Positions 34,907 through 43,856 of a stretch of DNA of 64,000 bases are shown piece by piece; within the stretch, counting starts at the first letter, position 1, and every line of letters begins with the position of its first letter. Origin of the DNA: a virus. Under the pieces are notes generated by a model that ran no database searches, was not told the origin of the DNA, and was given only the letters and a program-made list of their open reading frames with translations. The DNA lies in IMG/VR virus record IMGVR_UViG_3300020220_000041. One strand, written 5' to 3'. Position numbers and translations under genes: made by a program.

Positions 34907-35695
34907 TGCGTCGATGACGGCCTGGTAGATTTCGGCCCCCATACACCCGCTGTACTTGGACATCCAGTCCCGAGCCTTCTCGGCGGTGATGCCGACCTTG
35001 GCGGCGTAGGCGAGGCAGGCTTCCTTGGCGATGGCCGGAGGGACCAGCCAGTAGGTCCGCCAGTCGTCGTGGCTGTTGGCGTCTTCACGGTAGATGGTGA
35101 CGCCGTTGTAGGTGAACTCCGAGAGGGTCAGCTTGTACGAGCCCGAGTTGTCGCGAGCGACCTCCCGCACCCGAACGAGCTTCGACGGGTCGGCCATTTC
35201 GCAGGACACCGACACCATCCCATCAGCAACGGCTCGGGCGGCCTTGTAGGCAGCGGCCTCGGCCTCATCGGCAGCCTTCTTCTCGGCGGCCTTCACCTTG
35301 GCTTCCTCGGCGGCCTTCTGGCGAGCCACCTTGGCCTCTTCCTTGTTGGCCTTGCATCGGGCGTGGTCGAGGCAGTAGACGTGCCACCCGCCGTGGTCGT
35401 GGTGCTTCATGCACCCGGAGTCCTCGACGCAGTAGACCAGTTCGCCCTGGCCCACCTTGAGGTAGTCCCCGCACGAGTCGCAGTACCCGGCCTTCTGGTT
35501 CGTCTTCTGGCCCTTGCCCCGGTTGGCGGCACCGGTGCCGCCCGCCACGAGCCCGACGAGCGGCTGCTGGGCCGTGGGGCAGGAGGCGTGCTCGGTGACA
35601 CCGCCGCCCCACATGATCTCCGTGCCCGCCGCGAACTTGGAGCCGCACTTGCGGCAGGTACCCGGGTAACGCGCCGTCATCTTCTTCATAGACAT
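34877..35695 (-). CDS. Hypothetical Cys-rich protein with K/A/E-rich central region
   Basis: The start is probably the ATG at 35695 (MSMKKMTARYPGTCRKCG), with a GGGAGGG RBS. Confidence 0.5.
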   Translation of the reverse strand: MSMKKMTARYPGTCRKCGSKFAAGTEIMWGGGVTEHASCPTAQQPLVGLVAGGTGAANRGKGQKTNQKAGYCDSCGDYLKVGQGELVYCVEDSGCMKHHDHGGWHVYCLDHARCKANKEEAKVARQKAAEEAKVKAAEKKAADEAEAAAYKAARAVADGMVSVSCEMADPSKLVRVREVARDNSGSYKLTLSEFTYNGVTIYREDANSHDDWRTYWLVPPAIAKEACLAYAAKVGITAEKARDWMSKYSGCMGAEIYQAVIDAEVQNPLASA

Positions 35696-35717
35696 TGCTG
35701 TGCCCTCCCACTGGGTG

Positions 35718-35754
35718 TTCTGACTACGCAAGTGGGTGGCAGGGCTGAACCTTC
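35718..35754 (-). promoter_or_regulatory. Conserved promoter-like motif: AGGTTCAGC-N14-GCGTAGTCAGAAC
   Basis: Full copy. Confidence 0.5.
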
Positions 35755-35781
35755 AGTTCAAACGATCTTGAAAGCCCAGGT

Positions 35782-35997
35782 TCAAGGCTTCTTCGATTTG
35801 AACAGATCCCGAATGCGAGGCCCTTCGGGTGTACGGATGGGGATGTTCTGGAGGTTGGGACCCCGCCCATACAGAGCCCCGAAGTTGATCGCTCGAGCGG
35901 CTTCACGCTGCTCGGGGGTCACCTGGTCCTCGGGCACGCCGAACATCTCGGCAGCGGTCTTGCGGTGGATGTCCTGGCTCATGTTCTCGTCTCCCAC
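35782..35997 (-). pseudogene. Scrambled DNA polymerase I (family A) fragment
   Basis: [36 protein letters not shown] (motif B / O-helix region) is followed directly by [18 protein letters not shown], which normally lies upstream of motif A. The ORF is only 71 aa. Confidence 0.55.
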
Positions 35998-36500
35998 AGG
36001 GCGGATAACCTACGCAGTTCCGCTGAAATCAGCCGATCTTGGCTTGCGTACTGTGCCTCGAACCCGCTCGCCTTTTCGTCGTCTTCCCGCCACCAGCGAG
36101 GCGCTGGCGAGAACCCGTGCTCATCCGCAATCCACTGCTCCTGACGTTCGGTCGGAGTGGGCCACTCCGTTGCAAGGAGGATGGGTTCCGAGCGTTGGTT
36201 GTCGAGGTTGAGCCAGGGGACAGACTTCAGGATGCCCTCGCCTTTGAAGGGTCGGCGTTTCCCGACTCGGAGGGCCATCCACTTGAGGACCGCATGTTCC
36301 CAGTCGTGGGGGCTGTTGAACCCGAGTTGGAGGGGGCCGTGTCCGTACTTGATGCCCCCTTGCTGAACGAGCCCCTGGAAACGGGGCCGAAGTCCCGTCG
36401 CCAGCACTTCGGACCCATCCCTGAGATGCTTCTCGGCGAAGGCCACCATCTCCCCGAGAGCCGCTTCAGAGCGGCAGGTGAAGGAGAAGCTGTAGCCCAT
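35979..36500 (-). CDS. Hypothetical protein
   Basis: The real part begins [26 protein letters not shown]. Its ATG overlaps the asnS stop as TGATG. Confidence 0.5.
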   Translation of the reverse strand: MGYSFSFTCRSEAALGEMVAFAEKHLRDGSEVLATGLRPRFQGLVQQGGIKYGHGPLQLGFNSPHDWEHAVLKWMALRVGKRRPFKGEGILKSVPWLNLDNQRSEPILLATEWPTPTERQEQWIADEHGFSPAPRWWREDDEKASGFEAQYASQDRLISAELRRLSALWETRT

Positions 36501-37840
36501 CAGATGCTCCCCGGAGTCCTGGGGTACGGAAGCACGTCGCGGATGTTCGGGACGCCCAGGAGCCACATCAGGATGCGTTCGAGGCCGAGCCCGAACCCAC
36601 CGTGAGGCACCGTGCCGTACCGGCGGAGGTCGATGTAGTGCCGGTAGTCGGACGGGTCGAGCTTGCACCGCTCGATCTGTGCGAGGAGCTTGTCGAGGCG
36701 CTCTTCACGCTGGGAGCCCCCGATGATCTCGCCCACACCGGGCACGAGCAGGTCGAAGCACGCGACCGTCTGACGACCAGGGACACATCCGTCGTTGAGC
36801 CGCATGTAGAACGACTTGTGCTGCGCGGGGTAGTCGGTGACGAACACCGGCCCCTGAAACACGACCTCGGCGATGTACCGCTCGTGCTCCGTCTGGAGGG
36901 GGTGCTCCCACCCAACGGGGTGCTCGAACTTCCGGCCGCTCTCCTCGAGGATTTCGAGGGCGTGCGCGTAGGTGATCCGAGCGAACGGGTCGAAGGAGAG
37001 GGCCACCTTGGCGGACTCCTGGATGGCTCCGGTCACCGAGAGAGCATGGGCACAGGCACGCACCAGTCCCTCGGCCAGGTCCATCACGTCGCCCACGTCC
37101 GCGAAGGCCACCTCGGGCTCGATCATCCAGAACTCGGCCGCATGGCGGGCCGTGTTGCTGTTCTCGGCCCGGAAGGTCGGCCCGAACGTGTAGACCTTCG
37201 AGAAGGCACAGGCGAACGGCTCCACGTCCAACTGGCCGGAGACAGTCAGGTACGCGGGCTGTCCGAAGAACGGCTCATCGTCCGTCTCCTTCTCGTGGAC
37301 GACCCCGAACATCTCACCCGCCCCCTCGCAGTCGGAGGCCGTGAGGATGGGCGTGTGTACCCACATGAACCCCCGCGTGCGGAAGAACTCGTGGATGGCA
37401 GTGGACACGGTGTTCCGAGCGATGAAAACGCGCTGGAACTCCTGCGTGCGGACGCGAAGATGGGGGATCGTCCGGTAGAACTCCGGAGACGCCTCCTTCT
37501 TCTGAACCGGGAAGTCCGAGGCGTCGCAGTCGCCCACGACGGTCACGCCCTCGAGGGTGGCCTTGATCTCGTGGGGCTGCTCGGGGCCTGGAGAGGCCGC
37601 GAACACGCCCGTCACGTCGAGGGCCGCCCCCACACCCAGGCGAGCCCGTAGGGCGTCGTCAGCGGGCGGGGAGAGGACGATCTGGACGGTCTTCTCGGTC
37701 GAGCCGTCGTACAGGTGGATGAACGTGACCTTCTTGGCGAAGCGAGACGTGCGGATCCAGCCCTGGACGCGGACGTGGGCACCTTCGGGAGTGATCCCCG
37801 TGAGCAGGCGGCGCACGGAGATGGGGTCAACGGGAACCAT
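36500..37840 (-). CDS. asnS: Asparaginyl-tRNA synthetase (class II)
   Basis: FRAENSNTARHAAEFWMIEPE, GGSQREER and YGTVPHGGFGLGLERILMWLLGVPNIRDVLPYPR. The N-terminal OB domain starts VRVQGWIRTSR. Confidence 0.8.
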   Translation of the reverse strand: MVPVDPISVRRLLTGITPEGAHVRVQGWIRTSRFAKKVTFIHLYDGSTEKTVQIVLSPPADDALRARLGVGAALDVTGVFAASPGPEQPHEIKATLEGVTVVGDCDASDFPVQKKEASPEFYRTIPHLRVRTQEFQRVFIARNTVSTAIHEFFRTRGFMWVHTPILTASDCEGAGEMFGVVHEKETDDEPFFGQPAYLTVSGQLDVEPFACAFSKVYTFGPTFRAENSNTARHAAEFWMIEPEVAFADVGDVMDLAEGLVRACAHALSVTGAIQESAKVALSFDPFARITYAHALEILEESGRKFEHPVGWEHPLQTEHERYIAEVVFQGPVFVTDYPAQHKSFYMRLNDGCVPGRQTVACFDLLVPGVGEIIGGSQREERLDKLLAQIERCKLDPSDYRHYIDLRRYGTVPHGGFGLGLERILMWLLGVPNIRDVLPYPRTPGSI

Positions 37841-37858
37841 GAAACACCTCAACGCCCA

Positions 37859-38095
37859 CTACGCGGAAGCGGCCATCCGGATGAAGGGACCCTGGGTGTC
37901 GAAGGTGATGCGGGTGCCCACCTGGGCCGCCCAGCCGTCACCCGCAGGGGGGACAGGGACACCCGTGATGGTGCCGAACCCACGACCCTTCCAGTTCGGG
38001 TCCATCCCCTCGAACCGCACGGGCACCCACACGGGCACGTCCGCCAGCGAGTTCCGCCAGTCCAGTTCGATCGCACAGCCAGGGGTCAGGTCCAT
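37859..38095 (-). CDS. Hypothetical protein
   Basis: MDLTPGCAIELDWRNS... with a GAGGAG RBS. Confidence 0.45.
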   Translation of the reverse strand: MDLTPGCAIELDWRNSLADVPVWVPVRFEGMDPNWKGRGFGTITGVPVPPAGDGWAAQVGTRITFDTQGPFIRMAASA

Positions 38096-38110
38096 GGTGA
38101 ATCTCCTCGC

Positions 38111-38146
38111 TTTGTTATACGCGGCCGGAGAGTCAAGCTGAACCTC
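38111..38146 (-). promoter_or_regulatory. Conserved promoter-like motif: AGGTTCAGC-N14-GCGTATAACAAAGCGAGGAG
   Basis: Full copy. Confidence 0.45.
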
Positions 38147-38585
38147 ACTTGTAGTCGATCTTGGGGATCTCTCCGCCGTCAGAAGGCTCAAAACGACGCT
38201 TGAGCTTCTCATAGAGGAAACGTGCGTAGTTGTCCGAAAGGCTCTTGAAGCGACCTCGAAGTTTCACGGCCATGTCCACGCGGTTGTCCACCTCGTTTCC
38301 ACGAAGGAGATGCTCGGGGTTGGCACAGGAGGGGTTGTCGCAGAGGTGGAGGATGGTGTCCGCTGGAGTGAGCTTCACCCCGTAAACCACCTCATAGACG
38401 ACGCGATGGACATAGAAAGTGCCTTCGGCGAGTCCGATCACGCCTTGCCCGCCCCTAGATTTTGACTTTGCGCCTTTCCAAACCCAACAGTCCCCTTCGG
38501 GCACATCCCAATTCAGTCCGAGCCAGAGCTTCACCTCCAACGGCACCCCGCGTTCCTTGTTCGGCAGCAGTTCCTTGTCCGGCAT
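38145..38585 (-). CDS. HNH endonuclease
   Basis: HLCDNPSCANPEHLLRGNEVDN (HNH_3). Confidence 0.65.
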   Translation of the reverse strand: MPDKELLPNKERGVPLEVKLWLGLNWDVPEGDCWVWKGAKSKSRGGQGVIGLAEGTFYVHRVVYEVVYGVKLTPADTILHLCDNPSCANPEHLLRGNEVDNRVDMAVKLRGRFKSLSDNYARFLYEKLKRRFEPSDGGEIPKIDYK

Positions 38586-38728
38586 GAACCCTCCCCACAA
38601 GAAACTTTATCAATCTGATAACGAACCTTGTGGTGTGTTACCCCTGCTCCCGCGAAAACGGGCGTTTTCCCGTTCTCGGACGCAGGCACGGAAGATGCTT
38701 TGAGGGGAGGCAAGGAGGTCTACAGACC

Positions 38729-38974
38729 ATGATCGTTCGGTTCGAGTGCGGGTGTGTGGGGCTGGTGGGCGTCCAGGGCGTTGAGGAGGGTCGGCACCTC
38801 CTCCTGCAAGCCTGCGACGCGGACGACAACTCCCTCGGCCTGTTCCCACGGGACATGAGCGGGAAAGCCCACGAGCCCGTCTCAGAGGAGAAGGCTCGAG
38901 GGCTCATAGAGGAAATGTCCCGGCTGATGATGGAGGGGTACAGGCTCCGGACCATCCGGAGCCTGCTCCAGTGA
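38729..38974 (+). CDS. Hypothetical small protein
   Basis: ATG with an AGGAGG RBS. 81 aa. Confidence 0.45.
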   Translation: MIVRFECGCVGLVGVQGVEEGRHLLLQACDADDNSLGLFPRDMSGKAHEPVSEEKARGLIEEMSRLMMEGYRLRTIRSLLQ

Positions 38975-38977
38975 TCC

Positions 38978-39472
38978 TCATTTTGGTTTGCGGGGTTTGT
39001 ACACGCTGTCGTCATCTAAGAAGGTGGGAACCATCTCGGGAAACTGATGGGGACACTTCCCATAGAGTCCCTTTGAAATGTTGCAGTTGTGACAAAGCAC
39101 CTGGAAAACCGGTGGGTAGTTGTTGGAGATGATCCACGTCATGAGTGGGCCCCCGTGCCCCACTTCACGGCGATGTTCGGAGCCGCCCCCATCAACATGG
39201 TCCAGTGCGAGGAAAGGCAACCTGTCCTCCCCACAACATGTACACACACCCCCGTACTTCTGAATCACCGCAGCACGTCGCCGTCGATGCGACATGGCAC
39301 TTCGCCGTCTGTTGACGTTGGGGTCGACGGTTCGACGAATTCGACACGCCTCACAAGACTTCTTTCCGGGTGTAACTGGGGCTTTCCAGCAGTTCGAGCA
39401 GAGACCTTTACTTTGGGCCTCCGCCCGTTTCTGTTTGCCGTAAGTGCTGTTGTACTGGGTTCGGTCTGGCAT
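38978..39472 (-). CDS. HNH endonuclease
   Basis: FLALDHVDGGGSEHR...LCHNCN. The internal ATG at 39472 is the likely start. Confidence 0.6.
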   Translation of the reverse strand: MPDRTQYNSTYGKQKRAEAQSKGLCSNCWKAPVTPGKKSCEACRIRRTVDPNVNRRRSAMSHRRRRAAVIQKYGGVCTCCGEDRLPFLALDHVDGGGSEHRREVGHGGPLMTWIISNNYPPVFQVLCHNCNISKGLYGKCPHQFPEMVPTFLDDDSVYKPRKPK

Positions 39473-39518
39473 ATGCGTTGAATCCCCATTCAACGCATAG
39501 CACAGCCTCGGGTTGGGT

Positions 39519-40418
39519 TCAAGCGGCTTCGGCGTTCTGCTCCTCTTCTTCGTCTTCCGCACCCGCGTTCAGGATGAGGTCAACTGCCTGCTGTGCCGCC
39601 CGAGCGGCCCCAAACACTGCATACTTGTCCCCTCGAAGCACCTTCAACCAGTGGGCCAGGTAGTTCGGGTGTTGCAGATCACCCTCAACTCCGAGATGAG
39701 CACACAGGAAGGCCGCGCCGATTTCGGCCACCAGTTCCTCCATCGCGTAGGCATCCGAGCCGAACCTGTTCTTGAGGTCTCGGTTCAACCTGCCTTCGGC
39801 TCCAGTCCAGTGGAGCGTTTCGTGCGCCCGGGTCGCCAAGTAGTTCTCGATCGTGTGGAACTGCTCGACGTTGGGGAGGCGAATGCAGTCCTCGGCCGGG
39901 GAATAGCAGGCGTGATCACCACCGTGACGGACATCAGCCCCCACAGCTTCGAGTACCGTCATCGCTTCCGTGTGGGTGCCCGCCAGGTGGATCGAAGGGG
40001 CGACTTCCCCCACATCAGCAGGCAGACCTTCTACTTGTTCCCGGTTAAAGACAGTAAAGACGCGGAGGAGCGGGATCTTCTTGCCCGTCTCGACGCCCTC
40101 GACCTTTTCGGGGATGAACTGCCAGTAGACGATCTTCGTGCCCTTCTCGCCCTTGCGGACGTTCGCACCGAGATCCTTGGCCTGGTTGAAGGTGTACCAG
40201 CGGGCGTCGCTGTAGCCCGCGATGGCGAGCAACCAGATGTTGAGGCCGTTGTAGTGCCGACCCGACTTGCCGTTGCGGGGCATGCCGTTGATGCCCATGG
40301 ACTTCCAGGGCTTCGACCACTCCCCGGGGCCGGCTTCGAGGGCCGCGACGATGCGGTCGGTCACGTCCTGGTACCAGTCGTTCTTGGGGGCGGTGGTGGT
40401 CTTGGTGCTGCGGGCCAT
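39519..40418 (-). CDS. ardC: ArdC-like antirestriction protein
   Basis: N-terminal ssDNA-binding region (KPW...NGxxYxGxN...) plus a C-terminal zincin HExxH (ATRAHETLHWTGA). Confidence 0.7.
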   Translation of the reverse strand: MARSTKTTTAPKNDWYQDVTDRIVAALEAGPGEWSKPWKSMGINGMPRNGKSGRHYNGLNIWLLAIAGYSDARWYTFNQAKDLGANVRKGEKGTKIVYWQFIPEKVEGVETGKKIPLLRVFTVFNREQVEGLPADVGEVAPSIHLAGTHTEAMTVLEAVGADVRHGGDHACYSPAEDCIRLPNVEQFHTIENYLATRAHETLHWTGAEGRLNRDLKNRFGSDAYAMEELVAEIGAAFLCAHLGVEGDLQHPNYLAHWLKVLRGDKYAVFGAARAAQQAVDLILNAGAEDEEEEQNAEAA

Positions 40419-40435
40419 TGTGGTGTCCTCCTGAC

Positions 40436-40472
40436 ACCCGTACTACGCGGGGCACCCGACGACCTGAACCTT
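40436..40472 (-). promoter_or_regulatory. Conserved promoter-like motif: AGGTTCAGG-N14-GCGTAGTACGGG
   Basis: Full copy upstream of ardC. Confidence 0.5.
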
Positions 40473-40644
40473 ATCCGTGAAGTCCTGCATCACATTTCTC
40501 ATCTTCAGTGGCCCCGCAGATTGGGCACCGGATGTCTCTGGAGTCCACATCGGCCACATGGGCGAGGAAGGGCTCCCAGTCGTTGGTGAGCCACATCCAC
40601 CACGCCCGCCACCACGGGATGTCCACCTGTTGAATGACAGCCAT
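40471..40644 (-). CDS. Small Trp-rich Zn-ribbon protein (57 aa, not in the ORF track)
   Basis: ATG with a GGAGAGG RBS. MAVIQQVDIPWWRAWWMWLTNDWEPF...CPICG. Confidence 0.4.
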   Translation of the reverse strand: MAVIQQVDIPWWRAWWMWLTNDWEPFLAHVADVDSRDIRCPICGATEDEKCDAGLHG

Positions 40645-40718
40645 GAAGAACCTCTCCGTCCTCCCTACGCGGTAGGGAGGACTCGCTGAGCCCCGCGTAG
40701 GGTGGGTAGGAGATTCTG

Positions 40719-41525
40719 ATGAGCCACCCGCTTCAGCGTGCCAGTGAGTCCCGCGACCTCGAGGAGTTCCTCAACCTTGCGTTCCCGTCCGACTGGGGCG
40801 GCATCGCAGCCCGCATCGTCGAGACAGGGGCGGAGATGTCCGTCGAGAAGTGCGGTTGGGCACCCCGGTGGTCGAAGATTCCGCCCACCGTTCGTAAAGG
40901 GTCCGCCTCGATCGAGACGGCGGCCAAGTCCGTGATCTTCCGGGTTCACGACTGCCTGCACCAGTTGTGGGGGCTCCCCCACCCGGGCTCGTTCAGCGAG
41001 GACGACTTCTACTACTACAAGCGTGCCCAGATGTGCGGTGAGGTGGCCGTTCTCACGCTCACCGAGTTCGTCTACTGCGACTACCTGCGGCGGCAGTATC
41101 CCGAGCTTGCTCCTCTGATCTGGAGCCGCAACGCCATCCCCCTTCTGGAGGGTCCGATGGCGGGCAAGAGTACGGAGCAAGTCGCGATGAGGCTCGACGA
41201 CCTACTCCACAAGAAAAGCCGTCCGAAGTGGGTTCGAGAGAACCCCATCGCCCTCGCGTTCGTCGAGGACTACGTGCCCATGTTGGAGCGAGATCGCGAG
41301 CAGATCGACCTGAACTGGGCGGCCATGAAGGCGGCGAACTGGCTTCCCGAGGGGGCACCCAAGGCCAAGTTCGGTCCGAGTCTGGATGGGCTCGAACTCA
41401 CCGTGTGGATGATCCGCGACTTCGAGCACCTGATCTCGTCGTCGCCCGACATCGATCGTGCTTTGGCGGCCTTCAACCGGGAAAGGCGTGCCCGTCTCGT
41501 CCTTCCGCCTGGATGGGCCAGTTGA
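40719..41525 (+). CDS. Hypothetical protein
   Basis: 268-aa ORF preceded by GCGTAGGGTGGGTAGGAG. Confidence 0.5.
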   Translation: MSHPLQRASESRDLEEFLNLAFPSDWGGIAARIVETGAEMSVEKCGWAPRWSKIPPTVRKGSASIETAAKSVIFRVHDCLHQLWGLPHPGSFSEDDFYYYKRAQMCGEVAVLTLTEFVYCDYLRRQYPELAPLIWSRNAIPLLEGPMAGKSTEQVAMRLDDLLHKKSRPKWVRENPIALAFVEDYVPMLERDREQIDLNWAAMKAANWLPEGAPKAKFGPSLDGLELTVWMIRDFEHLISSSPDIDRALAAFNRERRARLVLPPGWAS

Positions 41526-41528
41526 GGG

Positions 41529-41756
41529 TCAGCCTTCGGGACGGCGTAGCGGGAAGGGGCTGACGCAGGAGAGGTGGACGGGGCGTTGGGGGACAGCCGC
41601 CCCGCTCCGCCCATCAATGGGAGTCCCTGTCTGAACCGTCTCGATGGCCCACGAGACGAGGAGGAACCAGGAGCCCTTCTCCACAGCCTTCCCACACACG
41701 GGGCACAGAAGAGGGCCCGGCTCACCAACAGACGGCACTTGTGCGTTTGTGCTCAC
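41529..41756 (-). CDS. Small Zn-ribbon protein
   Basis: 75 aa with CPVCGK. Confidence 0.4.
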   Translation of the reverse strand: MSTNAQVPSVGEPGPLLCPVCGKAVEKGSWFLLVSWAIETVQTGTPIDGRSGAAVPQRPVHLSCVSPFPLRRPEG

Positions 41757-41785
41757 GGGTTCACCTCGGTCGACATCGTCCTCTC

Positions 41786-42244
41786 CTACAGTTGACTCGC
41801 CCGGTACTCGTCCCAGCGTTCCTGCCAGTCCTCGACGTACTCATCGGAACAGCGAGGGCATAGGAGACGCGGACGATTGGGGTCTTCTCCCTGTTGGTCC
41901 CAACTGTAGGCGGTCATGGCTGCCGTGGGCCTCAGCACGAGGCCGTCGGGGCACTCTTGCCGATGACCTTCGCATCGGGGAAGGGCCAGCTTGAGTTGCC
42001 GAGCGACATCCTCGAGGGCGGTCTCGTGCTGGGAGAGCCATTGCACGAGCCGGTCGACGGACTGTGCCGCTTTGGGCGGGGTAACAGCGGCGACCGCATG
42101 GCGTTCGGGGAAGCGACAGGTGGGGCCGGCGTGGACCACGCCGCAGTAGTCGCATCTCCCCTGTGACCGGAGGTCCCTCCGGCGTTCGAGTTCGCCGAGG
42201 AGTTCCGCTTCGGTGATCTCGTCGAGGTCGCGGGGGTAGCTCAT
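41786..42244 (-). CDS. Hypothetical Cys-rich protein
   Basis: The real part begins MSYPRDLDEITEAELL and contains several CxxC pairs. Confidence 0.45.
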   Translation of the reverse strand: MSYPRDLDEITEAELLGELERRRDLRSQGRCDYCGVVHAGPTCRFPERHAVAAVTPPKAAQSVDRLVQWLSQHETALEDVARQLKLALPRCEGHRQECPDGLVLRPTAAMTAYSWDQQGEDPNRPRLLCPRCSDEYVEDWQERWDEYRASQL

Positions 42245-42543
42245 CGCCGGGTCACCGTGAGGCCCGTGAAGCCCGTGGCATCGCACCGGGACACGAAGCC
42301 CGAGGCCACCTCACACCGGACGTATTTGGACCCTCGGAGCAGCACTGCCTCACCCGTGAAGGGTGACCAACACCCCACGACTTCTCCTACGGAAAGGTCG
42401 CACGAAAACACCCGCCCATCGGAGCGTTCGACTGGGGCCGTGCCGGTGAACGACGTGGCCCGGCATGTTTGCACCTGGCCCACGGAGATGTCGCACTCGC
42501 GGTAGAGGGGTCCGGCTGCGAGCGCGAGACCCAACCAGATCAC
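42241..42543 (-). CDS. Small secreted/membrane protein
   Basis: Its GTG overlaps the upstream stop as GTGA. The N-terminus VIWLGLALAAGPLY is hydrophobic and several cysteines follow. Confidence 0.4.
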   Translation of the reverse strand: MIWLGLALAAGPLYRECDISVGQVQTCRATSFTGTAPVERSDGRVFSCDLSVGEVVGCWSPFTGEAVLLRGSKYVRCEVASGFVSRCDATGFTGLTVTRR

Positions 42544-42989
42544 TTGAACAAGTCCTCGAACTCCGCGTCCGAGAACTCCTTCGCGATGGGGACGGGAGGG
42601 GGTTCCGTCTGCGGCGAGAAGTCCTTGAAGATGTCGTCGATGGCGGGGTCGTCGATGATCTCCCGCTTGACCTTGCCCGTCAACGCTTCGGGGGTGCGGA
42701 CTTCCGACTTGGTCGAGCAGTACGTCCCAAGTTCGGGGTGGTCCTCGATCAGCCGCAGGCCGATGTACCGCCGGTAGGCGTTGGGGATGGCGAAGTCCTT
42801 CTTCTTGAACCGGATGCTCGCGTCCCAGCGCACGACTTCGGTGAGGGCGTACACCGAGAAGTGCTCGCCCCGAGCGACCTTCTCCTGTGCCAGTTCCTCG
42901 AACCGGGCATAGGCTTCGGGGTTGTCCCGAATCCAGTCTTGTGTTTCGTCGTACAGGTCGAGCCGACGACGCTCCTTCGCGACATCCAT
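42540..42989 (-). CDS. Hypothetical acidic protein
   Basis: 149-aa ORF. Confidence 0.5.
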   Translation of the reverse strand: MDVAKERRRLDLYDETQDWIRDNPEAYARFEELAQEKVARGEHFSVYALTEVVRWDASIRFKKKDFAIPNAYRRYIGLRLIEDHPELGTYCSTKSEVRTPEALTGKVKREIIDDPAIDDIFKDFSPQTEPPPVPIAKEFSDAEFEDLFK

Positions 42990-43060
42990 ACGAGTAGCCC
43001 TCTACACCCACTACCCGGATTCGGTGGTCTGCCTATCCCCTACTTCAGGAGAGGGAATCC

Positions 43061-43558
43061 ATGCCGAACCAACCTTTGAGTACACGCCCAGACTACGGAA
43101 AGGGTGACGCCGCACTCCCTCGGGGTGCGGATTCTTCCAAGCCGTCGGCGGCTCGTGTCGCCGAGAGGTTCAGGTCGGCCGCTGTGGCGCGTAGTCTCCC
43201 CAAGGAGGCTGCCATGAGCGCACTCGATGGGATGTCCAAGCGCAAGGCGAAGGATGTGGTCAATCGGCTGATGGATCCCCACACCAAGGGGATGTTCCGC
43301 GACAAGTACTGGACTCCGATCAACGCCATCTGGAAGGCGCTCGAGACGCAGAACATCTCGTTTGCCCGCACGGACTCGAAATACGAGTACGACGACCCCC
43401 GGAGCAATGGCCCGTCCCGTAAGGTGTGGTGGTTCGTGGTCGACTTCCGCAATGATCGGGGCCACGAGGACACGTTGTATGGGCGAATCACGGCGGCGGG
43501 CGCGGGACCGGTCCACGATCTCCTCGAAGTCTACGACGTGACTGCCTACGTCTCCTGA
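43061..43558 (+). CDS. Hypothetical protein
   Basis: 165 aa. This is the first gene of the long plus-strand block. Confidence 0.5.
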   Translation: MPNQPLSTRPDYGKGDAALPRGADSSKPSAARVAERFRSAAVARSLPKEAAMSALDGMSKRKAKDVVNRLMDPHTKGMFRDKYWTPINAIWKALETQNISFARTDSKYEYDDPRSNGPSRKVWWFVVDFRNDRGHEDTLYGRITAAGAGPVHDLLEVYDVTAYVS

Positions 43559-43806
43559 GGAGCCCTCTGATGGCACGGACATCGGACAGGCTGACCTCGC
43601 CACCCTCTACTCGAGCAAGGACGAGGCGTTGAAGGCCGTGCTCCTCCACGCGAACGAGGCCCTGACGAAGTGGAAGCTGCCCGACGAGGAGGCGGACATT
43701 CCCGAGGAGTCTCTCTGGACCCGGTGGTTCGGCCGCAAGGCCGACTTGTCTGAGTAGACAGATCGCGCTTGTCTCGGCAGACAAGCCACATTTTCTTTCG
43801 CCCGAC

Positions 43807-43842
43807 AGGTTCAGGAACCCCCCTCTCTTGCGTAGTAGAGGT
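43807..43842 (+). promoter_or_regulatory. Conserved promoter-like motif: AGGTTCAGG-N14-GCGTAGTAGAGG
   Basis: Plus-strand copy, 15 nt before an AGGAGG RBS and the ATG at 43857. Confidence 0.5.
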
Positions 43843-43856
43843 GTAAGGAGGTTCCG

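Noticed and set aside
40650-40680. Palindrome CCTCCCTACGCGGTAGGGAGG as a mobile-element end
   Set aside because: This is a single inverted repeat between divergent genes, and it carries the GCGTAG core on both arms. A bidirectional promoter/operator or terminator better explains it.
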